DNA of 64,000 nucleotides from NCBI GenBank assembly GCA_030704615.1, contig CM060732.1:36084001-36148000 (forward strand), in the 5' to 3' direction. Every line of letters begins with the position of its first letter. Within the stretch, counting starts at the first letter, position 1. Made by a program: the position numbers and the translations under genes. Below are positions 12,987 through 24,382 of the stretch, piece after piece. The DNA comes from Takakia lepidozioides (Eukaryota > Plantae > Bryophyta). Below the pieces are notes generated by a model. The model saw nothing but the letters and a program-made list of their open reading frames with translations. It did not search any database and had not been told where the DNA came from.

Positions 12987-15900
12987 CGAATTTTGGAGTA
13001 TATATGTGCTGTAGGTGCAGGTGCAGACACCCTCTTGCTGGTTCTCCGCAAAACCCTAGGCCGGGTTTTCCAGGCCTCCACGAAATCTCGTCTCATTTTC
13101 AGAGACATGTTGTTGTTGTTGTTCAGAGAACGGAAAGCCTTCGCTGCCGCAGGGTGCAACATTCCAGCCGCACTTTTCGCCAGGATATCAACGAGCTGCC
13201 CTCTGCACATACGAAGAGCAGATCGGGCATGTGCCTCCAGGTATTTGTCATCACCTACAAGGCGAAGCATGTCCGCGAATTCTTGTTCCATTGAGGCTGA
13301 GACCTCCAGAGGTTCCTCGTCGTAGGGGAAGTCATCCGGAGGATGTCTTTCCATGAACTGATTGGATTCGTCGTTGCCGCTGGCACCATTGCCCAAGAGC
13401 AAGTTAGGTAATCCTCCATGAATGGTTCCCAGCACCGTGCACAAGCGCGCACAAGGAAGCCATCCTGCAGGTCAGGGTGAAGCATCTTCAGGACACGGAC
13501 CTGATGCTTGCATAAGTTTCCCTTCATTGCCCATGGGCACGTGCAACAAGCCCAATCGCAATCAGGATTGTAAACAATGTATGTTGTGCCGGGGTGGTTG
13601 CTGCTGAGAACGTAGGCTGGTTCACCAGGACCCAAGGGAAGAGTAACACTCTCAGCGGGAATGTCTCGTGCCGCAAGTATAGAACTGGATATGTACTTTT
13701 CGAGTTTGTCATTTCTTATGAACCCGTGGGTCTTCAAATGGATTGCGTACCAGTAGTGTGTTAGCACATGGCCAGTGAGTTCCCATATAAGCCAGTCCAC
13801 TCTACGACCACTCATCTTGCCTTTCCCCATGGCAAGTCTTGCCTTCAGATTTCCATGGTATGCCTCAATGCTTACGTTTGTGTCTTGGCTCGCATGAGGG
13901 ACATGACGGGCTGTTGTACACCACATTGCTATTTTGGGCTTCCAGTACTGTTCGATATAGTCAAGAAATTCATGTCCTTTCAGGTATTTTGACCTCATAC
14001 GACGGATTCTCCTTGCAACCCACCGAAGCGCTCTTTTCTCGTTGCATGGTCCCCCTCTACAGTACATGAGGTCTCCCATATCCTTCAACAAGTTTACAGC
14101 GGTCACCGGATCCTTTGTTTTCTTGCATGATTGCTTCACCCATGCCTTGCGGACATGCCAAAGGCAGAGGAAAATGAGTACTCCTTCAAAAACAATTCTG
14201 CACAACACACATGGTACACATTAGAGTCTTGGGATCGGACTGCAATGGTGGACTGCCGGAGTGGATTGTAACAGCGACCTGTATCAGCGGGCAGAGCCAC
14301 TGGACTCGCCCAGTGGACAGTACAATGCCATGACGTTGATGTGCTGGAATAACCCCATTGGCCTACCCAGTGGACTTCCCCATTGGACTTCCCCTAGCTA
14401 GGACTGCCACAGCGGACTGCCGAGCGGACTTGCCAGGGACTGCCGAGTGGACTTGGTAGCGGACGGCCGACCCCAGGGACTGCTGAGTGGACTTGGCAGC
14501 GGTCTTGCCAGGGGACCGATGAGCGGACTTGACAGCGGACTACCAGTAGATTTGCCTAGCGAATTGCCATCGGGTTTCGCCACAGGAGTCTGCCAATGGA
14601 CTGTAGCAATGGTCTGCTGCAGTGGACCTCGACATGGACCGGTGCTGTGGACCAACAGACTTACCGAATAACGTTGATTTCTGCTTCGGCATCGTCCACA
14701 ATGAAGGCATTGGGTCGTCAGTTCGGCAAATCTGCGAGGATTGAATCGCGCAAGCCTCTCATCCACGGAACCAGGTCTGTTGTCCGATTCCTCGCGGATA
14801 GGATATAGGCAACTGGTATACCGTTCAACCACTCGTCGAAGACCATCAACGTGTACAATGGGAACTGTTGGAATGCACAATGTAAAATGATCAGAGCATG
14901 CAAATTTCGCTCAGTTCTGCACGAGAAGACTTCATAAGAGTGATGAGGTCTGCAGCGGTTCACAATGGGTGTGCCCCTCGGTCTTCCGCAACGTACACAT
15001 GAAAACATACAGAAAGAGTCAGCACACCAAATTTTATGTGAATGTTGGATGGTACTATGCTATCATGCTCGTACAAGTCCATGGAATCGTTCGAATAGTA
15101 CCTTGTCATGATTTGTCCCAAAGGTTGCATCACATGCAACGATACGGTCATGTCCTAGTTCCAGCATTCGTCGTTTCTGCCACGGAGTCTGTATGCCAAT
15201 AGTGAATGTCAAATCTCCATCAAAATGCTCGAATGCTGGCTCTAATTTCTCCTCTTGATAGAAAAAAACGGACGCAGGATTCTGGTCTCTCCACATGCGC
15301 ACACTCTTCGCATCATCAGCGTGTTTTTTGAAGGTTTGCCACGCACGTTTCTCGGCGAGGTTGCGAACATCTTGCTCCAACAAGAAATCATCGCGGGTCC
15401 ATGCATCGCCCAAGCCGGTGTTGTTCATCACGTGCTCTTTATGCTCCATCATGATTTGGGCGACCGACAGGCCTCGGCACAAACACTCGACGACCCAGGC
15501 TTTCAATTCCTTGCTAATATGTGGTGCATAGGCGTGGCGGGTGTTCCTGAACTCTGCGGACTTCCCATGCGAGGGTTTCCCTTGCGCATCTGTATGCTCC
15601 ATATTGTTGTAGTACGCGAGGACACAGATGTCAGGGGCGAGATAGCATTGCTGGACCTTGAAACAGCATTGGCAACCACGCTTGTAAGACTCTCCATACT
15701 CCGACTTCTTTCTCCTTGGGCCTTTATGAGGGCAAGATGTTCCAGCACCCACAAGAGGTCCTCCACGCTTCTGTTTTGGATCCTCCACTATTGCCTTGTT
15801 GGTGCGCTTGTCATCAGGACCATAGCAGCATTGATACCTGGACAGAAAATTCTAAAATCGATATCCAACGACTTGAGGAAGCATAAAATCAGAGAACTCG

Positions 15901-16285
15901 TGAAACAAAAAATGGCAACAGATATGCAATGAAACGTCAAAAGGACTGAGGATGGTGCACACATAATACTGGACAGAAATGTGTTGGCTCTGGATGCTTT
16001 TCGCGAGCCGGGTTCCACTTTAGAATGGACATTCACCCAAAACTGAGTGGGGTAGTCCTCCAAACTCTCCTCTCCCAGGACAAAGTCACCAACTCTATCC
16101 CAAGGTATGCAGGCCTTTTCAACATTCACTCGCACACCTATAAACCCATATTGCGTCTCACTCTTCCAATGGAGATCCTTCTTGTTGAAGGGTCCTGGTT
16201 TTGCTGTTTGCAAACATTGTCGAAGAGGCCGTATAAGCGGGCTTTCCGTGATCAGTATATCATCGGGTTTTGCTTCCACGTCCAT
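12944..16285 (-). pseudogene. MULE DDE transposase with SWIM zinc finger (At1g60560/At4g13970-like family); exons 16285-15963, 15837-15102, 14864-14665, 14197-12944
   Basis: Canonical GT-AG junctions in phase. Motifs IVACDATFGTN, FIVDDAEAE, FLCLWHVRKAW, SIEAYHGNLK and SWIM CTCPWAMKGNLCKH. In-frame TGA at 14718-14720 (likely from TGG) and a probable 1-bp deletion near 13441. Confidence 0.92.
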
Positions 16286-16796
16286 GCCCTATACAGTACA
16301 AAGGACACGCTTCTGAACATGCAAGAAACGCGCCATAGTACACGACACGATCGACAACGTGCCAGGAGAACAATGCGCACATTAGCGGCTGCTGGCAAGT
16401 GGCAGGCGGCAGGGATAAAGGTTTGAATTGCAGCCCTAAAAATGGAGGGCTCGGATGGGTTATGGGAATGGACGGTGACGATCTTGTGCCGTCAGCGGAC
16501 TGGATGGCAGGGGACTGGCGGGCAGACTGGCAGACTGCTAGGCAGCGGACTGGCCAGCAGCGGACTGGCGGGCAGACTGGCGGACTGGCAGACTGGCCAG
16601 CAACGGACTGACATACTGGAGGGCAGCGGACTCATGGGCGGGGGATTGGCCGCGCCCGCGGCTGGGCGACCGCGCGCAGCGGCGGGCGGGGCGGGCGGGG
16701 TGCTGGGGAGCCGGGCGTCCGTGCGCGGGACCCACCGGCCACATCGCACGTGCCCATTGAAGACCCTATTATCTTAAAATGAGAGGCCATAAATTA

Positions 16797-16915
16797 TGGT
16801 GTCTCTTCACCACAAGGGCTACTGCCTTCCAACTGAAAGGTGGACACCTTCGTGATACACCAGACCGTGGTTTGAACCCACAACCACATCCAACGTGGTA
16901 TGTGCCCCTTACTCT
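16797..16915 (-). mobile_element. SINE-like repeat copy 2, apparently interrupted by the MULE
   Basis: Reverse complement aligns by eye to 4610-4730. The remainder plausibly continues at ~6530-6574 on the other side of the MULE. Confidence 0.45.
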
Positions 16916-17142
16916 CACTTTCCTCTTATGTTTTGCCAAAGCAGAGAGCCCATCGCCGTTTTAGGCTTGTTTTTATTTTTGAAAACATGGTTTTTTAGCC
17001 TTGACTAATTTGAGAGGTTTTCAGATTTTTGTGGAGTGTTTAATCCACACATTCCTATTCTGTAGTAGGAATGACATGTCCATGCAGAAAATGAGGGACA
17101 AATGTTAGGTTGAGCATGGGGTGCTTTGTATGTGTTTCTTGA

Positions 17143-17161
17143 GGGGGGGGGGGGGGGGGGG
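17143..17161 (+). repeat. G19 homopolymer
   Basis: Read directly from the sequence. Confidence 0.9.
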
Positions 17162-17505
17162 TAAACTACCTTCATTACAAAGATTTAAAATTTGGGATTT
17201 GGCCTCCACAAGATGCTATGAAATATTGCTCAAATTGAAATTAAGTTATGCCCACATCCAATGGTAGAAATTGTAAAAATTGACCCCCCAGTGGCCTGAA
17301 ATGTTGTTCAATCAGAGATGGCCATGTAGCAGTCAAACTCTGCGTGGCCCTCCATATCCGACCCTGCGGTTTTTGGAGATTTCTGGATGTGGCATACTTT
17401 CTTCAAATGGCCTGTTGCCAATTGGAAACAACCTGCCATGTCGTCAGATCATTTATTGCTGAAGAAACGACCTAAAAATTTTTAGATCTGCAAAAGTTAC
17501 GTTAA

Positions 17506-18350
17506 TCCCTAAAGGACGAGCTCGTTTTTGGTGGGCCCATTCCAAAACGGAACATGCCCTCATGTTTGAGGGCATATCCGACATTTAACAAACATCCAAG
17601 GGGATGAACCGTATGAAAGTAATCCTACCTACTTCAGGAACCTACTGTAAGAATTTCAGTTGATTTCACCGTATCATTACGAAGATTATAACAAAAATGC
17701 AAGCTGTAAATGTTTACTGTGCTCTAGTTTTGGAGTGAAAAAATGGTTTGACCAAACAATTGGCCTGGCAAAATGAATTTTCATTGATACAACATACCCA
17801 GATTCTAATTGCCTAGCATGTACACCTTGGGCCAAAATTCCAAAACCAAATTCCAAAACCACATGAGGGTTGCTTTGTATGGGAAAATAGGTGGGTAAAA
17901 AAGACGATCCATTACAATTGACCCCAAATTTGCCTCAAATATGTCCAAATTTTCACCACAAGGTGAATTCCTCTTGTCATATTGTTCCTTGTGTGGAAAC
18001 TCACTACCGTAAAATTTTTGGAAACATTCTAACCTATCTACATGCATAGATGAATTTTCTAAACTATCTACATGCAAAATGAATTTTCATGTTACAGGCC
18101 ACCCATATCCTGCCACGCCCGTAGATCACAGCTGCTGGAGGGCCCTGAATTGGGTACACTAAAAAAATTATTGACGGTAGTGCTTTTATTATTTTAGGGT
18201 GCCATAAAGACAGCAGCAGCACGACATCACGGTGCACAACTTTCATTCAGAAAGTTGTTTCATCCGAGGTCATCCAACGATTTGCCATCGTGGCAAATCG
18301 CTTTCTGATTTCGTACGCGACCCGAAACGGGTCGCCTCGTCCATTAGGGG
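17506..18350. mobile_element. Inner non-autonomous piggyBac-like element, 845 bp
   Basis: TTAA on both sides (17502-17505, 18351-18354). TIRs TCCCTAAAGGACGAG / CTCGTCCATTAGGGG match 13/15. Palindrome GACCCGAAACGGGTC at 18319-18333. Confidence 0.72.
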
Positions 18351-19920
18351 TTAATATATCATGTTCTATGAAACCCGAAACGGGTCCCATAGGAAGTTAA
18401 GGGTTAAGAATAAAAATAAAATAAAATCTAAGTTTTTCTTTTTTTCCCCCCCCAATCTAAGTCTGTTGCATTGTGGCATTATCATATATGGTGTCATGTA
18501 TGAGCTTCACACATAGTCATACATACATGGAAATATATGAGATAATGTCTTTTTACTTGTTCAATTTCTCGTGCCATATAAACACGGCTCTGATCTTTGC
18601 TAGTTTGCTCGTTGTGCACTTTGCACTCTTATATCTGCTTCATCTATGTCGTCGCTCTTGGATATTTAGTTACGGGGTGGTCTGGAAGCCTTTCTGATCC
18701 CCACCTTGATTTGTTTTTTAAATTCAAAGAAATGGGAACAGACAGACCTTTTGAACCAAATTAAAGACAATAACCAAACAATAATAATAATAACCCTGGA
18801 AAAAACCATGCAAACAAAGGGGCACCAGAAAAGATAAATTATATCATTTTTGGTTATTACAGACTTTCTAAAACAATTAGCATTAAAAATGGCATTTAAA
18901 AAGTAATTTAAATGCTTCCATACACATACTCTTATAATACATGGGAGATACATGTACATGAGTGTCCTCTCTTTTGTCATATATACATGCAAAATCATAT
19001 AGTTTGCCCTGGATAGATGTTCTCTCTATAAACAATAAACTACCATAGATGTTAAGAAAATTTTACGCCCCCTACTTGTGCACACTAGCAAATGTTAAGT
19101 GCACCATAAAGGCTACGACATAGGCCCAAGCTAGCTTGAGATAAGCTCAGTAATTAAGCTCTAGATAAGTTAGGATAAGATTACACCCGAAAACATAACC
19201 AATCATAGGATCATAAGGTAATCATAAGGTAATACTAACGTGATTAGAAACAAATACAATACAACAACATATATTTTTAACATTTTTAGACTTGAGATGG
19301 AGGTTGTTTTTTAGAGAGAGGATCACCTATGTGCTAGTTGTACCTGCAACGAATGTTTTGCAAATATATGGTATTGAGATTATGACTCCAACTACTCGAG
19401 TAAGAGAATTGGATGCTGTGTAAGTGTAAATGTTAATATGCTTTATTACAACCTCCCTAAGTGTTAATGTGTTAACCTTGTCTAATTTTTTTATTTTTTA
19501 TTTTTCTCCCCACCCTTAACATTTATCTAGGGCAGACTGTACATACAGGAAGCTAGGGGCGACCATCATAAAGGTAGAAGGAGAGAGGAGACCCCAGAGG
19601 TAGCGCAAATAAGACCCTCTTCCTATCCACGTATGCCTCTTTTTGAGGGTAGGCCCTATCAAACAGGATCTATCTATATGGTGACTATTTGACCAATTTC
19701 AATTTTGCATCCTAAGGCTCTTGTAGCAAAACAGTAGTGATCTTACAAAAACGTAAGATCACTAGTCAGATTGGAGATTGCGCCATGTAAGGCGATTAAT
19801 TATACACAGCGCAACTCTGGGGGAAGGTGTCACAATATTCTTAGGCTGGGTGTGATTAGCCAATAGACTTACCCAAAGAAAAGTGAACCATCTGACTTTT
19901 GTTTTATACTCAATTTATCC

Positions 19921-20190
19921 TAGGTAGATGAGCTCTATTGAAAATTGTTCTAACTACAAAATGAAGGGGCGCATAAAAAGCTTTCCAATGGTATCTTTTA
20001 TTTCGTAAAATGGTTACAACCCAAGGCGCAATTTAGAAAGTGCACCTATTATGGTAACTTGTGAAAAATTCAAATTACTCCGAGTAGATGAGGTCTGTTG
20101 AAAATTGTTCTAACTACAAAAAGATGGGGCAGATGAAGAGCTTTCCAATGATATCTTTATCTTCTAAAATGGTTATAATCCCAAGACAAA
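19921..20190. repeat. ~160 bp-period diverged tandem duplication, TE-subterminal-like
   Basis: gtagatgag.tct.ttgaaaattgttctaactacaaaa...agctttccaatg.tatcttt in two copies. Confidence 0.75.
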
Positions 20191-21248
20191 GCGCACCACA
20201 ATAGGAACATGATGCACCAAAATAGGATCAAGATTTCCTCTACTTCTGATTATTTTTAACCTATAAAAAAAAACATAATTACATTAAACTTTCAACTAAA
20301 GAAACATGTCCTGTTCTATGGTATTACATAAGTTTTTTTTAATTTTTTTAATTTTTTTATTTAATAATATAAAGGAAACCTGGGAGCGACTCCTCACAAT
20401 TCAGGCCCTTGAGGAGGGTGAGGAGGGGGAAAAATTAATACCCTTTCAGATAATTCATTAGGCACACATGTGGGAAACGTCACCACCAGACCAACCGGTC
20501 ACGAACAATCCACACTGTTAGAGGACTGTCGGGGACTTAGACACTTATACGGGATCTGTAGGGTACCCTTAATTTTTGCACAGACTGAGACCAACAGGAG
20601 CCTTAGGGGTGACAGCAGACACAGCCGACACAGCCCGTCACAGTCATCACAGCCGACACAGCCATCACAGCCAAACACAGTCGCACAGCCAGTCACAGCC
20701 CGTCACAGTTTCACACAGCCAGTCACAGCTTGACACAACTGTCACGATCATAGGGAACAGAGAGCAGGACAGGGAACGACTGTGGGGAACAACACATGCG
20801 AAGGGAACATGTTAGTTCACAGACGACGGTTAGTGAGAGAAACGGTTAGAACCACGGGTAGGAAGATAAAGGGAGAAGGGAGATCATTTTAGGGGGACTT
20901 CTTGGTCATGGAGGAGAGGGGATCGGGCAGAGATTAAGAACGGAAGTGAAGATAGAGAGATGATGAGTAGATGCTTGTTATATGCAAGGCTGTAATGATA
21001 TTGTAGAGCAGATTAGAGACACAATGGCTTCGGCCTGATACCTGATAAATCATAATCAGATACTTTTACGATACAATCACACTGTGTAGAGAGATCTGAG
21101 TGAAGCTGTGGAATGAATGGATGAGTTGATGGAATCCAATAGATTGATAAAGCAAACTAATACTTAATTATAAATGGTAAGGTAGCTAACATGAATGCCA
21201 AAAGGGAAACAAATAGGAATCACCCCCATGATACACTAGCTGTAGGTC

Positions 21249-24200
21249 ATGACTGATTGTTCTGCGCGGGCTGAGTACTTAGAGATTTCCAACTCTTCTA
21301 TCTTGGAGTTTCCGCCTCGAATAGCGAAGGGATGGGTGAGTAAATGCAGCGCGACATTTGGCGACCATACTGGGGAGTTGAGTCATGAACAACCAGATGT
21401 GACAGGCATCTGGTGGGATCATGGTGGTTGGACCATTAAAGAATTTGAAGTGAATCAAATTCCCTGTGGAACGAAGGAAAAAAGATTGTCCAAACAATTC
21501 TTTCAAAGGTTCTTGGAATTGCCAGACGGTTGTAAAGAAAATATTCTTAAGCGAGTGCATGATGCTGATCCGGAATGGGGTCTGGAGAAAGGAGTGATAA
21601 AGATTTATCAGGTAGCCTGTAGAGGAAGAGCACGTTGGTTACCAACATTGGTTTATATGATAGCATTGCTATCCATTAAGCGAGTAGAGTTTGAAGGTTG
21701 GGAAGAAAGAAAGGCGAATGTTTATACTCATATGCATGAAGAGCTTGTACTGGTAAAGAATTGGATTCCAAAGGATATTTTGTGGATCAAACTCACACCA
21801 AGAACAGCTTTTCAGACTTGTTTGCCATATGGTTATATGGTAACGGAGACTTCAAGTATAGCCAAGGGTGCATTGAAGCTTGAAAGAAACCCAGGCATAT
21901 ACGAGAGATATTACAAAAGAGAGTTTTGGTTATTGCCACATTAAAAGAAATGAAAGACATGGGACATGAGTGATGAAAGAGAAGCTAGACGCCAGAGATA
22001 TTCAGCAAAAAGATAAAGCTATCTGAAAGCTAATTATCCATATCTTTGGGAGAGAGGAATAGACATAGGGGAATCATCTGGACCTCTCACACCATTAAGA
22101 TCAAAGAGTACATCACCTATACCGGAAGAACTAGAGTTGGATGCCACTCCTTCTGTTTCTTTGTAAGAAAGATTAAGGGAATTGGTACAGGAAGAAGATC
22201 AATCACGAGGTGAAAGATCTGAGGTACATCCTTGGATAAAAGATTTGACAGAAATCTTTGATAAGAGTTGGCATGGAACACCAAAAGCAGGAACTCCAGT
22301 TTCTGAAGCAGAAAGTGAAGAAGGAGAAGAGGATGTGGCAGAGCCAACGGAGAGTTCAGACTCTCCAACACCATTACAGTTGAGTTACATGAGTGAAGAA
22401 GAAACCCAAGGGTAGAACTTGGAGGATGAAAACAGAGAGAAGAAATTGGAAGAGGAAGAATATGAAGAAGTAGACCCAACAGCTGAGGTTGAGACTACAA
22501 CCAGGACATCCCAACCCGTTGGACCTGGATCAAGTGGAGCACTTGGATCACAGGCCAACGAAGGTGTCGGCTCAGGGGGATCAGGTGCGCTGCCTGGATC
22601 TGGCTCTGGGGGGACAGGGAGTGTGGGAAGTAGTGCAATTGAAGCTGGGAATACTGTGAATATCGTGGGGCCAGAAGCAGGGAGTGCTCAAGGGCCACCA
22701 CTTGGTGGAAGATCCACCACAAAAACAACAGGTCCAGAAGGACCAGCACCAGCAAGGGTGCCAGCACCTGTCAGTGGGCAGAAGGTAGGGCCACAGATGG
22801 CGTTACAACCAACACGGGCAAAACCACCCTTTCCAATATATTCAGGAAAAGGGGATCCCGATGTACACATTAGCCAATTTGAGCACATGTGTATAGTGAA
22901 CAATGAGAATAGCGATGATGCCAAGATGAGACTGTTTCCTTGTTCACTTATCAAGAAAGCAAGTGAATGGTATGCAAGATTCTCTGATAATCATTTCCTA
23001 ATCTGGAATGGCTTAAATACAGCATTTCGAAATAGGTTCAGGACAAGTAAAACTGAGGATGAAGTGTATGGAAGTTTACAACAGCTGAAGCAGAAGAAGC
23101 ATGAAACTGTTGAAGAGTATATGGAGAAGATGGAATTGATGATGAAAAAGCTGGCTGCAGTACCAGCACCCGGTTTACAGAAGACTTGGTTTGTGAGTGG
23201 ACTAAGACCAGAGTTGCAAAAGAAAGTGGATATGTTACCCCATAATACAGTGGAGGAGGCATTTGAAACTGCAAACAGAATTGAGCAATTGGGAATGCTC
23301 AGGAGAGAGAAAAAGGAAGATGAGGACTCTGAGGATGAGTCAGATGAAGAAGAAGAGCAAGAACTAAAAAGAAAGAGTAAGAGAAAGGAGAAGTTGAAGA
23401 GGGATAACTATGAAAAAAAATTGGAAGAAATCTTGAAGAAGTATGCCACAGAGGCTGCAACACATTGGAGGAAGGGTGTATGGTGTGCAAAGTGCCAGAA
23501 TGAAGGCCATACCACCACAGAATGCCACATGAAGGAGAAACACTGTACTATATGTAAAATGGATAACCATTCTACTGAGAATTGTTACTACAACAGAAGG
23601 ACAGCTGTAAGAGAACCTAGGCAAATAAGGGTGCATCAGGTGCAGCCCCAGCCAAGAAGAAACAATGATCAGGACCACTATGGTAGGTCTGGTGGTTATA
23701 ACAATGGCATGGAAGGGAGAGGTAATTCAAGAGGGAATTACCAAGGAAATTCCAGAGGCAACTATCAGGGTAATCCAAGGGGGAATTACCAGCCCGGGAA
23801 TCAGGATTATAGAAATAATCCAAGAACAGACCAAGGGCGAGGACCCAATGGTGAAGAGCTATGTTACTATTGTAATCAGCCAGGACATCGCAAGGCAGCC
23901 TGTTCATTCTGGATAAGACACCAGAATGAGATGAGAGCTCCTGTGAATGAGGGCCCAGTGGTGGCAGCTCACATGGTTAGGCCATGTGTTGTACCAGAAG
24001 TAAGTACAATGATAGTAACAAGAAGTAAAGCCAAACTAATACCTCCAGTAGAAGAGGAAGAAGATGATAATGGAAGTGGCAATGATATGCCTGAAGATGA
24101 AGAGACTTGGAAAGATGAGAAGGAACTGCACAAGGAAATGGCAGATACTATAAGGGAAATGCAAAAGAGTACTGATATTCCTGTGGCAGATTCCTCTGAT

Positions 24201-24376
24201 TCGGATGGAGAAAAAGAAAGGAGTGAGGAAGAAAAGAAGAAAGAAGATGCAGACATGCAAAGTAATGAAGAGACTTTGGCTGAAGTAATATGCCAGACCA
24301 AAGCAGAAATTACCATTGGACAGCTATTATCTGTGGCACCTTATTGTAGGCACAGGCTGTATCAAGCAATCAATCG
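21249..24376 (+). pseudogene. Gag with a long N-terminal extension, capsid domain and three CCHC knuckles
   Basis: ORFs 21249, 22182 and 22419 share one frame, separated only by point stops. YSGKGDPDVHI...LKQKKHETVEEY capsid. Knuckles CAKCQNEGHTTTEC, CTICKMDNHSTENC, CYYCNQPGHRKAAC. Confidence 0.85.
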
Positions 24377-24382
24377 AATAAC

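Larger units (their letters stand above)
6575..16787. mobile_element. Large three-gene Mutator-like element (MULE), 10.2 kb
   Basis: TIRs ~6575-6885 and ~16430-16787 starting GCCTCTCATTTTAAGATAATAGGGTCTTCAATGGGCACGTGCGATGTGGCCGGTGGG. Flanks CGTAAATTC / CATAAATTA match 7/9 as a decayed 9-bp TSD. Internal DDE/SWIM transposase and Ulp1. Confidence 0.93.
6201..18403. mobile_element. Non-autonomous piggyBac-like element (outer; ~1.1 kb once the nested inserts are removed)
   Basis: Perfect 14-bp TIR CCCTTAACTTCCTA (6201-6214 / 18390-18403), flanked by CTAA on the left and TTAA on the right. Subterminal palindrome CCCGAAACGGG near the right end. Confidence 0.7.
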
